Assembly: GCA_963668645.2 (NCBI GenBank)
Contig: CAXXWC010000021.1
Span: forward strand, 576,001 to 640,000
Origin: Desulfobacterales bacterium
GTDB taxonomy: Bacteria > Desulfobacterota > Desulfobacteria > Desulfobacterales > UBA2174
Direction of reading: 5' to 3'
Length of the DNA stretch: 64,000 nt
The notes beneath the pieces were generated by a model, which did no database searches, had not been told where the DNA came from, and worked only from the letters and a program-made list of their open reading frames with translations. Numbering within the stretch: the first letter of the stretch is position 1; each line of letters opens with the position of its first letter. A program made the translations under genes and the position numbers. Below, in pieces: positions 1 to 9,010 of the stretch.

Positions 1-366
1 CTTGATGGAAAAGACAACGTCTTCAGAGGTCAGCTCCCCGAACCCGTTGTGGAACTGGACCCCTTTGCGAAGATAGAATGTCCAGGTGAGTCTGTCTTGG
101 CTGGATGTCCACTTTTCGGCCAGGTCCGGTTCGATATCTTGCGGACTGGCGCTTCCCGGTTTGAAACGGACCAGACCGTTAAAAATCCAGGGAAAGAGAA
201 TCCTGTCCTGGCTTTTGGTAGAAATGTGGGGAATCAGGATGTTGGCGTCATTGCTGAGAGTGCCCACATTGAGAACCACTTCGGCAGATGCCGTGGAGAA
301 TGCCGCCGAACATATGCCTGCGACAATCAAGACCGTAACAAGAAACAGGCCTGCTGTTCTCTTCAT
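1..366 (-). CDS. ABC transporter substrate-binding protein, family 5 (partial, runs off the left edge)
   Basis: Not in the ORF track. ATG at 366 follows an AAGGAG Shine-Dalgarno. Translates MKRTAGLFLVTVLIVAGICSAAFSTASAEVVLNVGTL...IFNGLVRFKPG...IEPDLAEKW...WTFYLRKGVQFHNG..LTSEDVVFSIK: signal peptide plus SBP_bac_5 N-terminal motifs. Confidence 0.9.
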   Translation of the reverse strand, partial: MKRTAGLFLVTVLIVAGICSAAFSTASAEVVLNVGTLSNDANILIPHISTKSQDRILFPWIFNGLVRFKPGSASPQDIEPDLAEKWTSSQDRLTWTFYLRKGVQFHNGFGELTSEDVVFSIK

Positions 367-468
367 GATCGTCTCTCCTTTGCTTGGTTGTGGTTCATTT
401 CACCCAATGGGAAGATCGAGGTTTCTCTGTCTTATGTCACCAGGCGAATGGATTGGAAATATGCACTC

Positions 469-514
469 GTGCCTATAAACCCATGGGCACAAGTGCCTAT
501 TTGCCGATAGGCAC
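469..514. promoter_or_regulatory. Tandem inverted-repeat operator, candidate NarL-family response regulator site
   Basis: GTGCCTAT-N6-ATGGGCAC-AA-GTGCCTAT-N6-ATAGGCAC: four 8-bp half-sites in alternating orientation, about 100 bp upstream of the SBP start at 366. Confidence 0.65.
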
Positions 515-590
515 TTTTTGGAAAAAAACGCGGAATGACCGGGTGGATGGCGTCTATGGGGGTGAAGGGAACCGGGGGACTTTCGAGGCG

Positions 591-1250
591 CTAAGGCAAG
601 GGACTTACGTATCCTTTGCGGATGGCGTATTTCACCAGACCGGCCGTCTTTCGGATATTGAGCTTGCGTTTGATGGCGGCACGGTGATGCTGGACGGTCT
701 TAAAACTGATGCACAACAGGTCGGCAATTTCCTTGTTGGTCTTTTCTTCGGCAATCAATTGAAGCACTTCCCGTTCGCGCACACTCAACGGCTCGACGGG
801 AACGGTGAACTGGCCGGTTCTGTAGGCCATGGCCATTTCCTCGTTCAGCTCTTCGGTGAGCAGCGGGGATATGAAAACTTTGCCCTTGCGGATGGTATCG
901 ATGGCTGTAAAGATCTCCTTGGGAGCGTCTTCCTTTAAAAGGTATCCATTCACACCCGCGGCGAGGGCATGATGCAAATAGCGGGTACTTCTGTGCATGG
1001 TGAGAATTAATAGTTTCACCTCCTGATAAAGCATCTTGATCTCGACGGCAGCCTCGATTCCCCGAAGCTTCGGCAGGGAAATATCGAGAATCACCATATC
1101 CGGAGCCGCTGCCCGCATCATTCTGAGCAGCTCGACGCCGTCCCCGGCCTCTCCGACCACTTCAAGATCACCCACGCCTTCCATGATCTTCTTAAGGCCC
1201 TGGCGAAAGATCACGTGATCGTCACACAGCAGGATCGGATACGATGCCAT
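591..1250 (-). CDS. NarL/FixJ-family DNA-binding response regulator
   Basis: Receiver domain (CDDH...ILDISLP...LTM...GYLLK) and LuxR HTH (LSVREREVLQLIAEEKTNKEIADLLCISFKTVQHH). Confidence 0.95.
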   Translation of the reverse strand: MASYPILLCDDHVIFRQGLKKIMEGVGDLEVVGEAGDGVELLRMMRAAAPDMVILDISLPKLRGIEAAVEIKMLYQEVKLLILTMHRSTRYLHHALAAGVNGYLLKEDAPKEIFTAIDTIRKGKVFISPLLTEELNEEMAMAYRTGQFTVPVEPLSVREREVLQLIAEEKTNKEIADLLCISFKTVQHHRAAIKRKLNIRKTAGLVKYAIRKGYVSPLP

Positions 1251-3060
1251 CGCTTGGCTCCCTATCTACAGGAACGTGGAGTCGAATGGAGGTTCCCCCG
1301 TTGTTGGAACTGGTGATATGCAAGATGGCATTCAGTATCCTGGCCCTCTCGTGCATCGCCGCCAGTCCAAGCCCCCTGTTCCGGGTCTCGCACGATATGA
1401 ACTCGTCCACGTCAAAGCCCCGGCCGTTATCCGAGACCAGGAGCAACACGGTGTCAACCCCTTTCTTCGCCCCTACGCGAATCCGGGTGGCACCCGAGTG
1501 TTTCCCGATGTTGGTCAGCGCCTCCTGAAAAATGCGATAGATCACGATTTGCGTCTCCTGGGCAAAAAGGTCGTCCAACTCGTCGATATCAACGTCAGCC
1601 CCGATGCGGTAGCGCTTGACGAAATCCTCCACGAGCCACCCAACGGCCGCTGTCAGGCCCAGGTCTTCCAGCAACGAGGGTGTCAGATCGCGGCAGATGC
1701 GCCTTATGTTTTCAACTACCTGATCGATGTAACGCAGCGTCTCCTCGCACTGCTCTTTGAGTTCCGATTGTGTTTCGACCAGACCGTTTTCCAAAAGCGT
1801 CACCCTGAACTTTAACGCCATGAGCGACTGGCCCACTTCATCGTGCAACTCGCTGGAGATACGCCGGCTCTCCCTTTCCTGCGTCGTCAGCAACTGAGAA
1901 GTCAGCAGGTGCAGTCTCTTTTCCGATTCCTGCAAAGCCTCCTCCACCATCTTGCGCGCCGTGATATCCCGCGAATTGATCACGACTCCTTGCACTGCCG
2001 GGTCGGACAGGAGATTGCGCCCCACCGTTTCCACGGTGCGCCAACCGGCATCTGCCCGCATCATACGGAATTCACCGGCTTCGGTCACCGCCGTTTTTTG
2101 CAGGATGGAATGAAAGAAAAGGCCGAATATTTCCAGATCCTCCGGATGCAGAACCGCGGCAAGGGGACTTTTCACGAGGTCAGAGGGCCGCGAACCCAGT
2201 ATCCGTTCGGACGACGGGCTCATGTATACGATCCTTCCTTCTTCATCCAGCAGGGTGACCATGTCGGACGCATTTTCGATCAGCGACCGGAAATGCTCTT
2301 CGCTGTGCTTTAGGGCGCCGAGGCTTTCCTGAAGCTGTGCCGCCATCTTGTTAAAAACGGTTGAAAGGTGGCCGAACTCATCCTTGCTCTGGACCGGTAT
2401 GCGCGTTTCGAGCGCCCCGTGTCCGACGCTTTGGGCTCCGGAAACGAGCAACCTGAGCGGTGCAGTGAGTTTTCGGGCGACGAAAACCATCAGAAAGGCC
2501 AGAACGAACGATACGAAAAACGCTACTGTGGCGACGTAAATACCCGTTTTGTTGAACGCGCCGTAGATTTCCCTGTAGGTGTCCGTTGCGATTACATACC
2601 AGTTCCACGGTGCGAAGTGCTCATACATGGCCAGGTTCTTCGTCCCGGACCATGAGTAGGTGATGCGCTTTCGACGCCCTTGGCAAATTTCCCGAAACCA
2701 GAGCGTATCGCCCACATCTTTGCCGATGGATGCCGGATCCGGATGGGCTACGACATGTCCCTCGGAATCGACCACGAATACGTACCCCTGTTCGCCGATT
2801 TCAATGGCGCCGAGCGTGAACCCGGCGTCGTACTGGGCCTTTTTAACTCCAGAAGCAATATTCGTGATCCCGTAATGCCTTAAAAATTTCTCGTTTTCCA
2901 CCACTGCTTTCATGGCTTCCGACAGCCGGGTCTCGAGCCAGCGCTCGGCAAGATCAGTAAGCGCGGAACGTGAAAGACAATAGGTTACGCCTGCGCCGAC
3001 AAACAGCGACAACAGAACCATAGGCAGGGCCGTAGCGAGTATTTTCGTATAGATCTTCAC
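1222..3060 (-). CDS. Sensor histidine kinase (Cache-HAMP-PAS-HisKA_3-HATPase)
   Basis: Two TM segments around a GYVFVVD..G..VAHP Cache motif, HAMP (DEFGHL..FNKMA), PAS, ISSELHDEVGQ H-box, QEALTNIGKHS N-box, DNGRGFD, GLGL. Confidence 0.93.
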   Translation of the reverse strand: MKIYTKILATALPMVLLSLFVGAGVTYCLSRSALTDLAERWLETRLSEAMKAVVENEKFLRHYGITNIASGVKKAQYDAGFTLGAIEIGEQGYVFVVDSEGHVVAHPDPASIGKDVGDTLWFREICQGRRKRITYSWSGTKNLAMYEHFAPWNWYVIATDTYREIYGAFNKTGIYVATVAFFVSFVLAFLMVFVARKLTAPLRLLVSGAQSVGHGALETRIPVQSKDEFGHLSTVFNKMAAQLQESLGALKHSEEHFRSLIENASDMVTLLDEEGRIVYMSPSSERILGSRPSDLVKSPLAAVLHPEDLEIFGLFFHSILQKTAVTEAGEFRMMRADAGWRTVETVGRNLLSDPAVQGVVINSRDITARKMVEEALQESEKRLHLLTSQLLTTQERESRRISSELHDEVGQSLMALKFRVTLLENGLVETQSELKEQCEETLRYIDQVVENIRRICRDLTPSLLEDLGLTAAVGWLVEDFVKRYRIGADVDIDELDDLFAQETQIVIYRIFQEALTNIGKHSGATRIRVGAKKGVDTVLLLVSDNGRGFDVDEFISCETRNRGLGLAAMHERARILNAILHITSSNNGGTSIRLHVPVDREPSDGIVSDPAV

Positions 3061-3122
3061 TTGTTAACCTCACGGCCGGATTTGTCATTTGCACGACGGG
3101 CACTCCATAAGAGATGAGGGTA

Positions 3123-4814
3123 TCAATCCGTTGAGCCCGCGCCCGGTGCAACGATTCTCGTCTTTTCGGTAAACTGCGGGTACAGGGCCAGGGATGCCAC
3201 CAGCGGGTGGCCGTAGTCCACGCATGGTTTTCGAGCGTATACCCGCTGGTGGTAATGCAGTGGATAGACGACCATGTCTTCGAGCAGCTTGACCTGTGCA
3301 TACTTCCACAACTTGATTTGCTTTATGGGGTCCATTTCCCTGCGGGCGCTTTCGATCAACTGATCGATCTGGGCGTAGTGCGAGAAGTTGGTGTCGGGCT
3401 TACGGCCTGTCACCACCATCGAATCGGAGTGAAAGAAACGGGTAAGAAAGGCGTCAGGATTGGGTCGCCATGCTTCATAAATGACGATGGGGTTTATGTC
3501 CTTGCGGATGAGCCGGTGCATCTGGGCGTGGTCCACGAGGCGCATCTTGAGGCGGATGCCGATCCGGGCCAACTGACGCTGCAGACTCTCGGAGTTCTTC
3601 CTGAACGGATGCATCTCGGAAGCCACGACCTCTACATCGAAACCGTTTGGGAATCCCGCCTCGCAAAGAAGCCTTTTCGCCCGGTCGAAATCGTTGCCAT
3701 AATCCAGCCCGAGATAGCGGACTTCCTCGTTTGTCAGCCCTCCAGGAAGAACCTCGGGCGGCATGGGCGACAGGATGACCACGGCGGCGCCTTTCCCGAA
3801 TGGGGCGAGAAACTCATCCCGATTGAGTCCATAGGCGACGGCCTTGCGCACACGGATGTCGTCAAATGGTTTGACTTGCGTGTTGAAATGGATGCAGGCA
3901 ATCTCTGGAACGCCAAATATATCGATCCGTGCGCTTTTATCCTTTGAAGCCCTATTGATCCACTCGGTCTCCGCAAAACCGCGAATCACGTCCAACTGGC
4001 CTTCTCGAAAGAGCCGCTCTCGCTTTTGGGCCTCTGGAAGGTACTGGATATCCACGCCTCCCAGCCGGGGAGATCCACGAAAATAATCATCATTGGCAGC
4101 AAGCTGAACGCTCTCTTTGGGCGAATGCCTCAAGAACCGGAACGGGCCGGTCCCCACCGGATGCATCTTAAAGGCCTTATCGCCCATGGCCTCCACGGCT
4201 CTCTTGGGGATGATAAAACCGCCTGCATAAGCGGTGATTTTACCGAAAAACAGGGTCGGGCTGAGAGGATGGTTCAGCACAATCGTGCAGGTATGGTCGT
4301 CCACCTTGTGAACGGTAAAATCGCTGTATTCTCCAGAATAGGCCGAGCGTTTGGGATCTGCGGCTTTTGCGAAAGAATAAACCACATCATCCGCGGTCAT
4401 TTCGTAAGGCGGGGTTTGCGGTCCGGGATGGAACACGATTCCCTTGCGAAGTTTGAAAGTCCAGACCTGCCGGCCGTCCATGATGACCGGATCGGGGATG
4501 GATTCGGCAAGGTCGGGTTCCACGCTCGGCGCGTTTCCCGGCTTGTACCGAATGAGGCCGTTGAAGATCATGTCCACGACCAGACGGTCCTCAAAGGCCG
4601 CTGCAAAATGAGGATCCAGTGATTCCAGGTCCGCCGCATTGATCCCGAAGCGTAAAATCGGCCGGCCGGTCTGGTCTTTACTGATCGGGGTGTCCTGGAA
4701 AATCTCCGCCCCTTGCCCAGCATCGCAAAACGGCGAAGTGCAAAGAAGAAGCAACAGCGCGACCGCTGCGGGCATGTTTGACAGGCGCAATCCTCTTTTG
4801 GGGCCATAGACCAT
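3123..4814 (-). CDS. ABC transporter substrate-binding protein, family 5
   Basis: SLDPH...IFNGL...PDLAES...WTFKLRKG..FH...DVVYS, PVGTGPF, PFDDIRVRKAVAY motifs; hydrophobic signal. No permease genes adjacent. Confidence 0.9.
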   Translation of the reverse strand: MVYGPKRGLRLSNMPAAVALLLLLCTSPFCDAGQGAEIFQDTPISKDQTGRPILRFGINAADLESLDPHFAAAFEDRLVVDMIFNGLIRYKPGNAPSVEPDLAESIPDPVIMDGRQVWTFKLRKGIVFHPGPQTPPYEMTADDVVYSFAKAADPKRSAYSGEYSDFTVHKVDDHTCTIVLNHPLSPTLFFGKITAYAGGFIIPKRAVEAMGDKAFKMHPVGTGPFRFLRHSPKESVQLAANDDYFRGSPRLGGVDIQYLPEAQKRERLFREGQLDVIRGFAETEWINRASKDKSARIDIFGVPEIACIHFNTQVKPFDDIRVRKAVAYGLNRDEFLAPFGKGAAVVILSPMPPEVLPGGLTNEEVRYLGLDYGNDFDRAKRLLCEAGFPNGFDVEVVASEMHPFRKNSESLQRQLARIGIRLKMRLVDHAQMHRLIRKDINPIVIYEAWRPNPDAFLTRFFHSDSMVVTGRKPDTNFSHYAQIDQLIESARREMDPIKQIKLWKYAQVKLLEDMVVYPLHYHQRVYARKPCVDYGHPLVASLALYPQFTEKTRIVAPGAGSTD

Positions 4815-4951
4815 GTATTGAGTCCGTCCCGCCTTCTTTGCAGCAGCCCCTGTGTTTTTTCTTGCGGGCTGGCTAGCTGGGCCGTTTTTTTATCATAAGG
4901 TAAAATTTCCAGGGGTGCAATAAGCCGATATCATCAGAAAAGCGGCCAGAC

Positions 4952-5512
4952 TCATTCTTTCTTGATGGCGATGATACTCAATGCGATCCAGGCCCCTTCG
5001 GTCTCATCCACAGAGACAGGGTCCATCCCCATGCCCAGAGACAGGGTACCGCCCTTGATTGCAAATACGTCCTTTATTGCCGGCATATCGCTCAAAGGGG
5101 CCCAATGCACCGCGTCGTTGCTCAGGTAGAGCATGACACCTTTGAACAGCTCCGCCCTTTCGGCATCTGTCATCACAGATAGTTGCTGTTGATCGAGATT
5201 GAGAATTTTCTCCAACCGGTCTTTGGAGACGTCATCCGGGACCGTTAAACTGAAATAGATGCGTTTTTTGGCAACCAGATCCACATGATCCTGACGGATG
5301 CCGAGCCATTCGCTTTCAAGAGTCAGTTTCAATGGAACGATATCGCCCTCGTCCAGATAACCGACCTGGTGATTCAACGCCTGGATCTCTTTTAGGTGCT
5401 TAAACGCACTGAGGTGATGGATCTGATCCGGGCGCAGATCACGCTGCACGATATGATGTTGGGTACATCCGGATACTGCAACAAGCATGATCAAAAATAG
5501 ATATTTTCGCAT
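4952..5512 (-). CDS. Hypothetical lipoprotein
   Basis: ATG at 5512 after AGGAGAGG; MRKYLFLIMLVAVSG-C lipobox. Confidence 0.75.
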   Translation of the reverse strand: MRKYLFLIMLVAVSGCTQHHIVQRDLRPDQIHHLSAFKHLKEIQALNHQVGYLDEGDIVPLKLTLESEWLGIRQDHVDLVAKKRIYFSLTVPDDVSKDRLEKILNLDQQQLSVMTDAERAELFKGVMLYLSNDAVHWAPLSDMPAIKDVFAIKGGTLSLGMGMDPVSVDETEGAWIALSIIAIKKE

Positions 5513-5584
5513 AGCCGTACCTCTCCTGTTGGTGAACTTCTCATTCCGGTTTAACAACAAGATTCAACCGCCCCTTTTCCAACT

Positions 5585-5728
5585 AGTGTCCGTCCATAAA
5601 TGGTGATTTTTGGTTCCTGGCAAGGCCCGAGCGAGTTTTCAACCGGAGCAATAGCCCGCTATTTCGAGGATTGGAAACGAGCGAGAACGCCGCCGGGGGC
5701 CAAAAGGTGCCGTTTATGGATGGGCACT
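5585..5728. mobile_element. MITE-like element with 19-bp terminal inverted repeats
   Basis: AGTGTCCGTCCATAAATGG (5585-5603) and CCGTTTATGGATGGGCACT (5710-5728) are reverse complements at 16/19 positions; non-coding interior. Confidence 0.7.
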
Positions 5729-5935
5729 GACTATTTCGTAGTATTCGAGGATGTCTCCTGGCTGGCACTGCAAATGCCGGCATATGGCGTCCAGGGTTTC
5801 CAGACGGATCGCCCTGGCCTTTCCGGTCTTGAGGATCGAAAGATTTTGCGGCGTAATCCCGATCCGTTCCGCCAATTCGTTGGATTTCATCTTGCGGCGG
5901 GCGAGCATGACGTCAAGGTTGACACGGATGGGCAT
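5714..5935 (-). CDS. Cro/C1-type (XRE, YozG-like) HTH transcriptional regulator
   Basis: MPIRVNLDVMLARRKMKSNELAERIGITPQNLSILKTGKARAIRLETLDAICRHLQCQPGDILEY; typical partner of DUF2975. Confidence 0.92.
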   Translation of the reverse strand: MPIRVNLDVMLARRKMKSNELAERIGITPQNLSILKTGKARAIRLETLDAICRHLQCQPGDILEYYEIVSAHP

Positions 5936-5953
5936 CGATTCCGCTCCTCAATG

Positions 5954-6490
5954 TTAAACCGTAAGGTCCTGGTCCTCTTGCAGTTTGCACCCCTCTTCCA
6001 TCACCCAGGCGATGACGCCCAGCACCAGACCCACCAGGAGAGCCGTTATGTCCGGCGACCCCAATCCGACCGATATCATTCTCTGCCCGGGAGGATGATG
6101 CAGCGTCAGGGCGATACTCATCAAGGAGCCGGAAATAATGTTGGCGGCGCACCATGCCACCAGGGTCCTTGACAGGCTTCTAAAACAGTGCACATTGGCC
6201 GGCCTGAAGATTTGACCCGCCTCATAGAGCCTGAACAAACGGATCAAAACCACCGTCGCGTACATGATCACTGAAGCGGGGACGAGTGCAACGATAAAGC
6301 CAAGCATCCGCGCCATGCCGGGCAGCGGAATCCTTGCAAAGGCCGGCAATACGGCTTCCTGCATTGTGCCGGGCAGCACATTGATAAAAGCCCAGAGTGA
6401 TGCGTTGACCACAGGGATCAACACCAGCACGATGGTAAACATTATTCTCAACCGCCGGCTTGCACGTTGTATGCAGAAGGTATCAGGCAT
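5954..6490 (-). CDS. DUF2975-family membrane protein
   Basis: Four hydrophobic segments; LFRLYEAGQIF...N..CFR and C-terminal WVMEEGCKLQEDQDLTV signature; upstream of the XRE gene. ATG at 6490. Confidence 0.85.
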   Translation of the reverse strand: MPDTFCIQRASRRLRIMFTIVLVLIPVVNASLWAFINVLPGTMQEAVLPAFARIPLPGMARMLGFIVALVPASVIMYATVVLIRLFRLYEAGQIFRPANVHCFRSLSRTLVAWCAANIISGSLMSIALTLHHPPGQRMISVGLGSPDITALLVGLVLGVIAWVMEEGCKLQEDQDLTV

Positions 6491-6566
6491 ATATTTTTTC
6501 CTTTTTGGGTTCTCTGATACGCCGTGACTCAACCAGGTGACTTTTATCCACTGGGTAGCCAAAAAA

Positions 6567-6604
6567 TTATCGTTTGTCAATAAGTTTTTATTGTATAACA
6601 TTTA
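6567..6604. promoter_or_regulatory. Palindromic operator(s) over a leftward TTGACA -35, likely XRE autoregulatory site
   Basis: TTATCG-TTTGT-CAATAA (6567-6583) followed by a weaker TTATTG-TATAA-CATTTA; the minus strand reads TTGACA at 6580-6575. Confidence 0.5.
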
Positions 6605-6766
6605 TTATTGAACAAGGGCAGGCTGGATCCGTTGCTGACAGATTCGTGGCAAATCAAATTCCGGTTTACCTGTAGTGATCTGGTATTTGCACCGCCCTGG
6701 TCGTTACGCTACGATGGGGTTGTTACAAACCGGATCAATAAGGAAAGAGCACAAGGAGAGAACACG

Positions 6767-7165
6767 ATGAAAAGACGATTTGATATGGTTGGTCTGTTTG
6801 TTGCCGATTTATCCGGGATGGTGTCCTTTTATAAAGAGGTCGTCGGGATTCCGATCGAATGGGATGGTCAAGGCCCTTATGCCGAGTTTCAACACGAGGG
6901 GATAAGGTTTGCGATGTATGAGAGGAAAATGTTGCCCCAACTGCTTGGCCAGACGCCGGAATTCACCAATCGGCTGAATGGGACTTTTGAATTGGCCATA
7001 AATGTCGGGGCCCCGGAGAATGTCGACAAAGAATATGCGCGTCTAGTCGCAAAAGGCGCAAGATCGGTATACGGACCCCGGAATGAACCGTGGAACATGA
7101 GATCCGCCATGATAACCGACCCGGATGGGAATCTGATTGAAATCGCTTCGGATTTCTGGGAATAA
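6767..7165 (+). CDS. VOC/glyoxalase-bleomycin resistance family protein
   Basis: ATG after AAGGAG; VGLFVADL..MVSFYKEVVG, ELAINV, EPWNMRSAMITDPDGNLIEI. Confidence 0.92.
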   Translation: MKRRFDMVGLFVADLSGMVSFYKEVVGIPIEWDGQGPYAEFQHEGIRFAMYERKMLPQLLGQTPEFTNRLNGTFELAINVGAPENVDKEYARLVAKGARSVYGPRNEPWNMRSAMITDPDGNLIEIASDFWE

Positions 7166-7295
7166 AACAGGCTGGCCGGCCGATTTTTCGTTCGTTGATG
7201 AGTCCCTTTCATCACCTTCAACAGCCGGCCATAATCCTGCTTCACTCAATCGCCATGCCGGTCTTGCGACATCCCCCGCGCCCGAAGGTACAGCT

Positions 7296-7844
7296 TTACT
7301 TGCGGGTGATGATCATCTGGCATCCCTGGCCCGTGTGATCAGCCACGGTGGTCGGAAAATCGATCTCGATCTTTTTAAAGGGCTCGCAGATACCGAAATC
7401 GCAGGCAGAGAGCATATCGCGGCAAAAATGGGTGATCTCTTCGGCGCTGGCCCCCAACTCCTTGAGCGCATCCACGTGGGGGCAGGAATGAAAGACCTTC
7501 ACGGCGCGATCCGGGCCCAGTTCCTTGATCTCCTGGTCGAAGACCGCCATACCGCCCTTGGAGGTCTGGCCGAGCAGCACCTCGGTGGGGCCCAGATCGT
7601 CCGTTCCGGCCTTGCCGGCGATCTTCTCGCCCTGAAAGACGCCGAAATCCCATGACGCCTCCCGGATGACCCGGTCCGCATCTACTTCAGGATACAGTTC
7701 CTTGAGTTTGCGCCAGATGAAATAGATCTGCCGGCTGCGGTCCATGTAAGCGTCACGCAGAGCCTTGCTAAATTCTTCGAAAGAAGCGGAGCGGCCCTTG
7801 CCGATACGCTGTTCAAACTCGGTTATGTTCTGGTCGATGGCCAT
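7296..7844 (-). CDS. L-2-amino-thiazoline-4-carboxylate (ATC) hydrolase-family protein
   Basis: FHSCPHVDALKELG...FCRDMLSACDFG and TTVADHTGQGCQM Cys pattern; AAGGAG SD. Confidence 0.7.
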   Translation of the reverse strand: MAIDQNITEFEQRIGKGRSASFEEFSKALRDAYMDRSRQIYFIWRKLKELYPEVDADRVIREASWDFGVFQGEKIAGKAGTDDLGPTEVLLGQTSKGGMAVFDQEIKELGPDRAVKVFHSCPHVDALKELGASAEEITHFCRDMLSACDFGICEPFKKIEIDFPTTVADHTGQGCQMIITRK

Positions 7845-7883
7845 GAAAACTCCTTTACGGTTCTATCATTGGTACTGTCGCCG

Positions 7884-8990
7884 TCACCGGGTCCCGCTTT
7901 TTTTCTCTTTTGCGGTCCAGCCCAGATAGACCTCCAGATAGCGGCTGTAACGGGACATGAAAAAACAAAACGGAAAATAGATCGCTGCGGCGAAAAGGTA
8001 CGCCTCGGTGCTGAAGGCCATCCAGGTCGGATCGGCCAGTGTGGTCTGGGTGGTTTTAAGAAGATCGTACAAGGCGATGATGATCACCAGCGAGGTATCC
8101 TTGAACATGGAAATGAAGGTGTTCACCGTGGGCGGGATGGCGATCTTCAGAGCCTGGGGTAAAATGACCAGCCGCATCTTCTGAAGATAGGTAAAGCCCA
8201 AGGCGTCCGCCGCCTCGTACTGGCCCGGTTCGACCACCTGGAGCCCGCCGCGGATCACCTCGGCCAAATAGGCGGCCGAAGAAAGGATGATGGCCACCAG
8301 GGCGCGCAGCAGCTTGTTGACCACCACGTCCTTGGGTAAAAAGAGCGGGAAAACCACCGAAGACAAAAAGAGCAGGCAGATCAAGGGAATGCCCCGCACC
8401 ACCTCGATATAAACCGTGCTCAGGGACCGGATGATCGGCATGGACGAGCGGCGGCCCAGGGCCAGCACGATGCCCAGCGGATAGGCCGCCACGATTCCCA
8501 TCACCGCCAGCAACAGCGTCAGGGGCAGGCCGCTCCACTTATCGGTTTCCACCGGCGCCAGGCCTAGTATCCCGCCGTGCAGCAGCCAGCCGACGACCAC
8601 AAAGGCCGCGACCCAGCCGTAGATCAGCCGCCGCGACCAGTTGCGCGGCCAGGCGCTGGCGCCGACCAAGCCGAAAAATACCGCCATGGCCACCACCGGG
8701 CGCCACTGTTCACAAACCGGGTAAAAGCCCAGAAGGATGAAACGCAGGTTTTCACGCACATAGGTCCAGCAGGCACCGTCCAAAGAGCGGCACTGGCCGG
8801 GAGGCAGGGTCCAGGTCGCGTTGACCACGGCCCAGCGCACCAGCGGCGGGATGATCACGGCCAGCAGGGCCAGCCCGACAAGGGTCAACAGCGAGTTGCC
8901 GGGGGTGCCGAAATAGAGGCTGCGAATCCTGTTCACATAAGGCAGGCGGTGGATCAAGGCCGCCGGCGGATGATTTTCAGATACGGGCAA
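7884..8990 (-). CDS. aapM: General L-amino-acid ABC transporter permease (AapM/YhdY-like)
   Basis: GACW, WSGLPLTLLL, YIEVVRGIPL, AYLAEVIRGGLQ..GQYEAADALG, FKDTSLV. Confidence 0.88.
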   Translation of the reverse strand: MPVSENHPPAALIHRLPYVNRIRSLYFGTPGNSLLTLVGLALLAVIIPPLVRWAVVNATWTLPPGQCRSLDGACWTYVRENLRFILLGFYPVCEQWRPVVAMAVFFGLVGASAWPRNWSRRLIYGWVAAFVVVGWLLHGGILGLAPVETDKWSGLPLTLLLAVMGIVAAYPLGIVLALGRRSSMPIIRSLSTVYIEVVRGIPLICLLFLSSVVFPLFLPKDVVVNKLLRALVAIILSSAAYLAEVIRGGLQVVEPGQYEAADALGFTYLQKMRLVILPQALKIAIPPTVNTFISMFKDTSLVIIIALYDLLKTTQTTLADPTWMAFSTEAYLFAAAIYFPFCFFMSRYSRYLEVYLGWTAKEKKSGTR

Positions 8991-9010
8991 GGCACATCCT
9001 CCCAGTGGTT

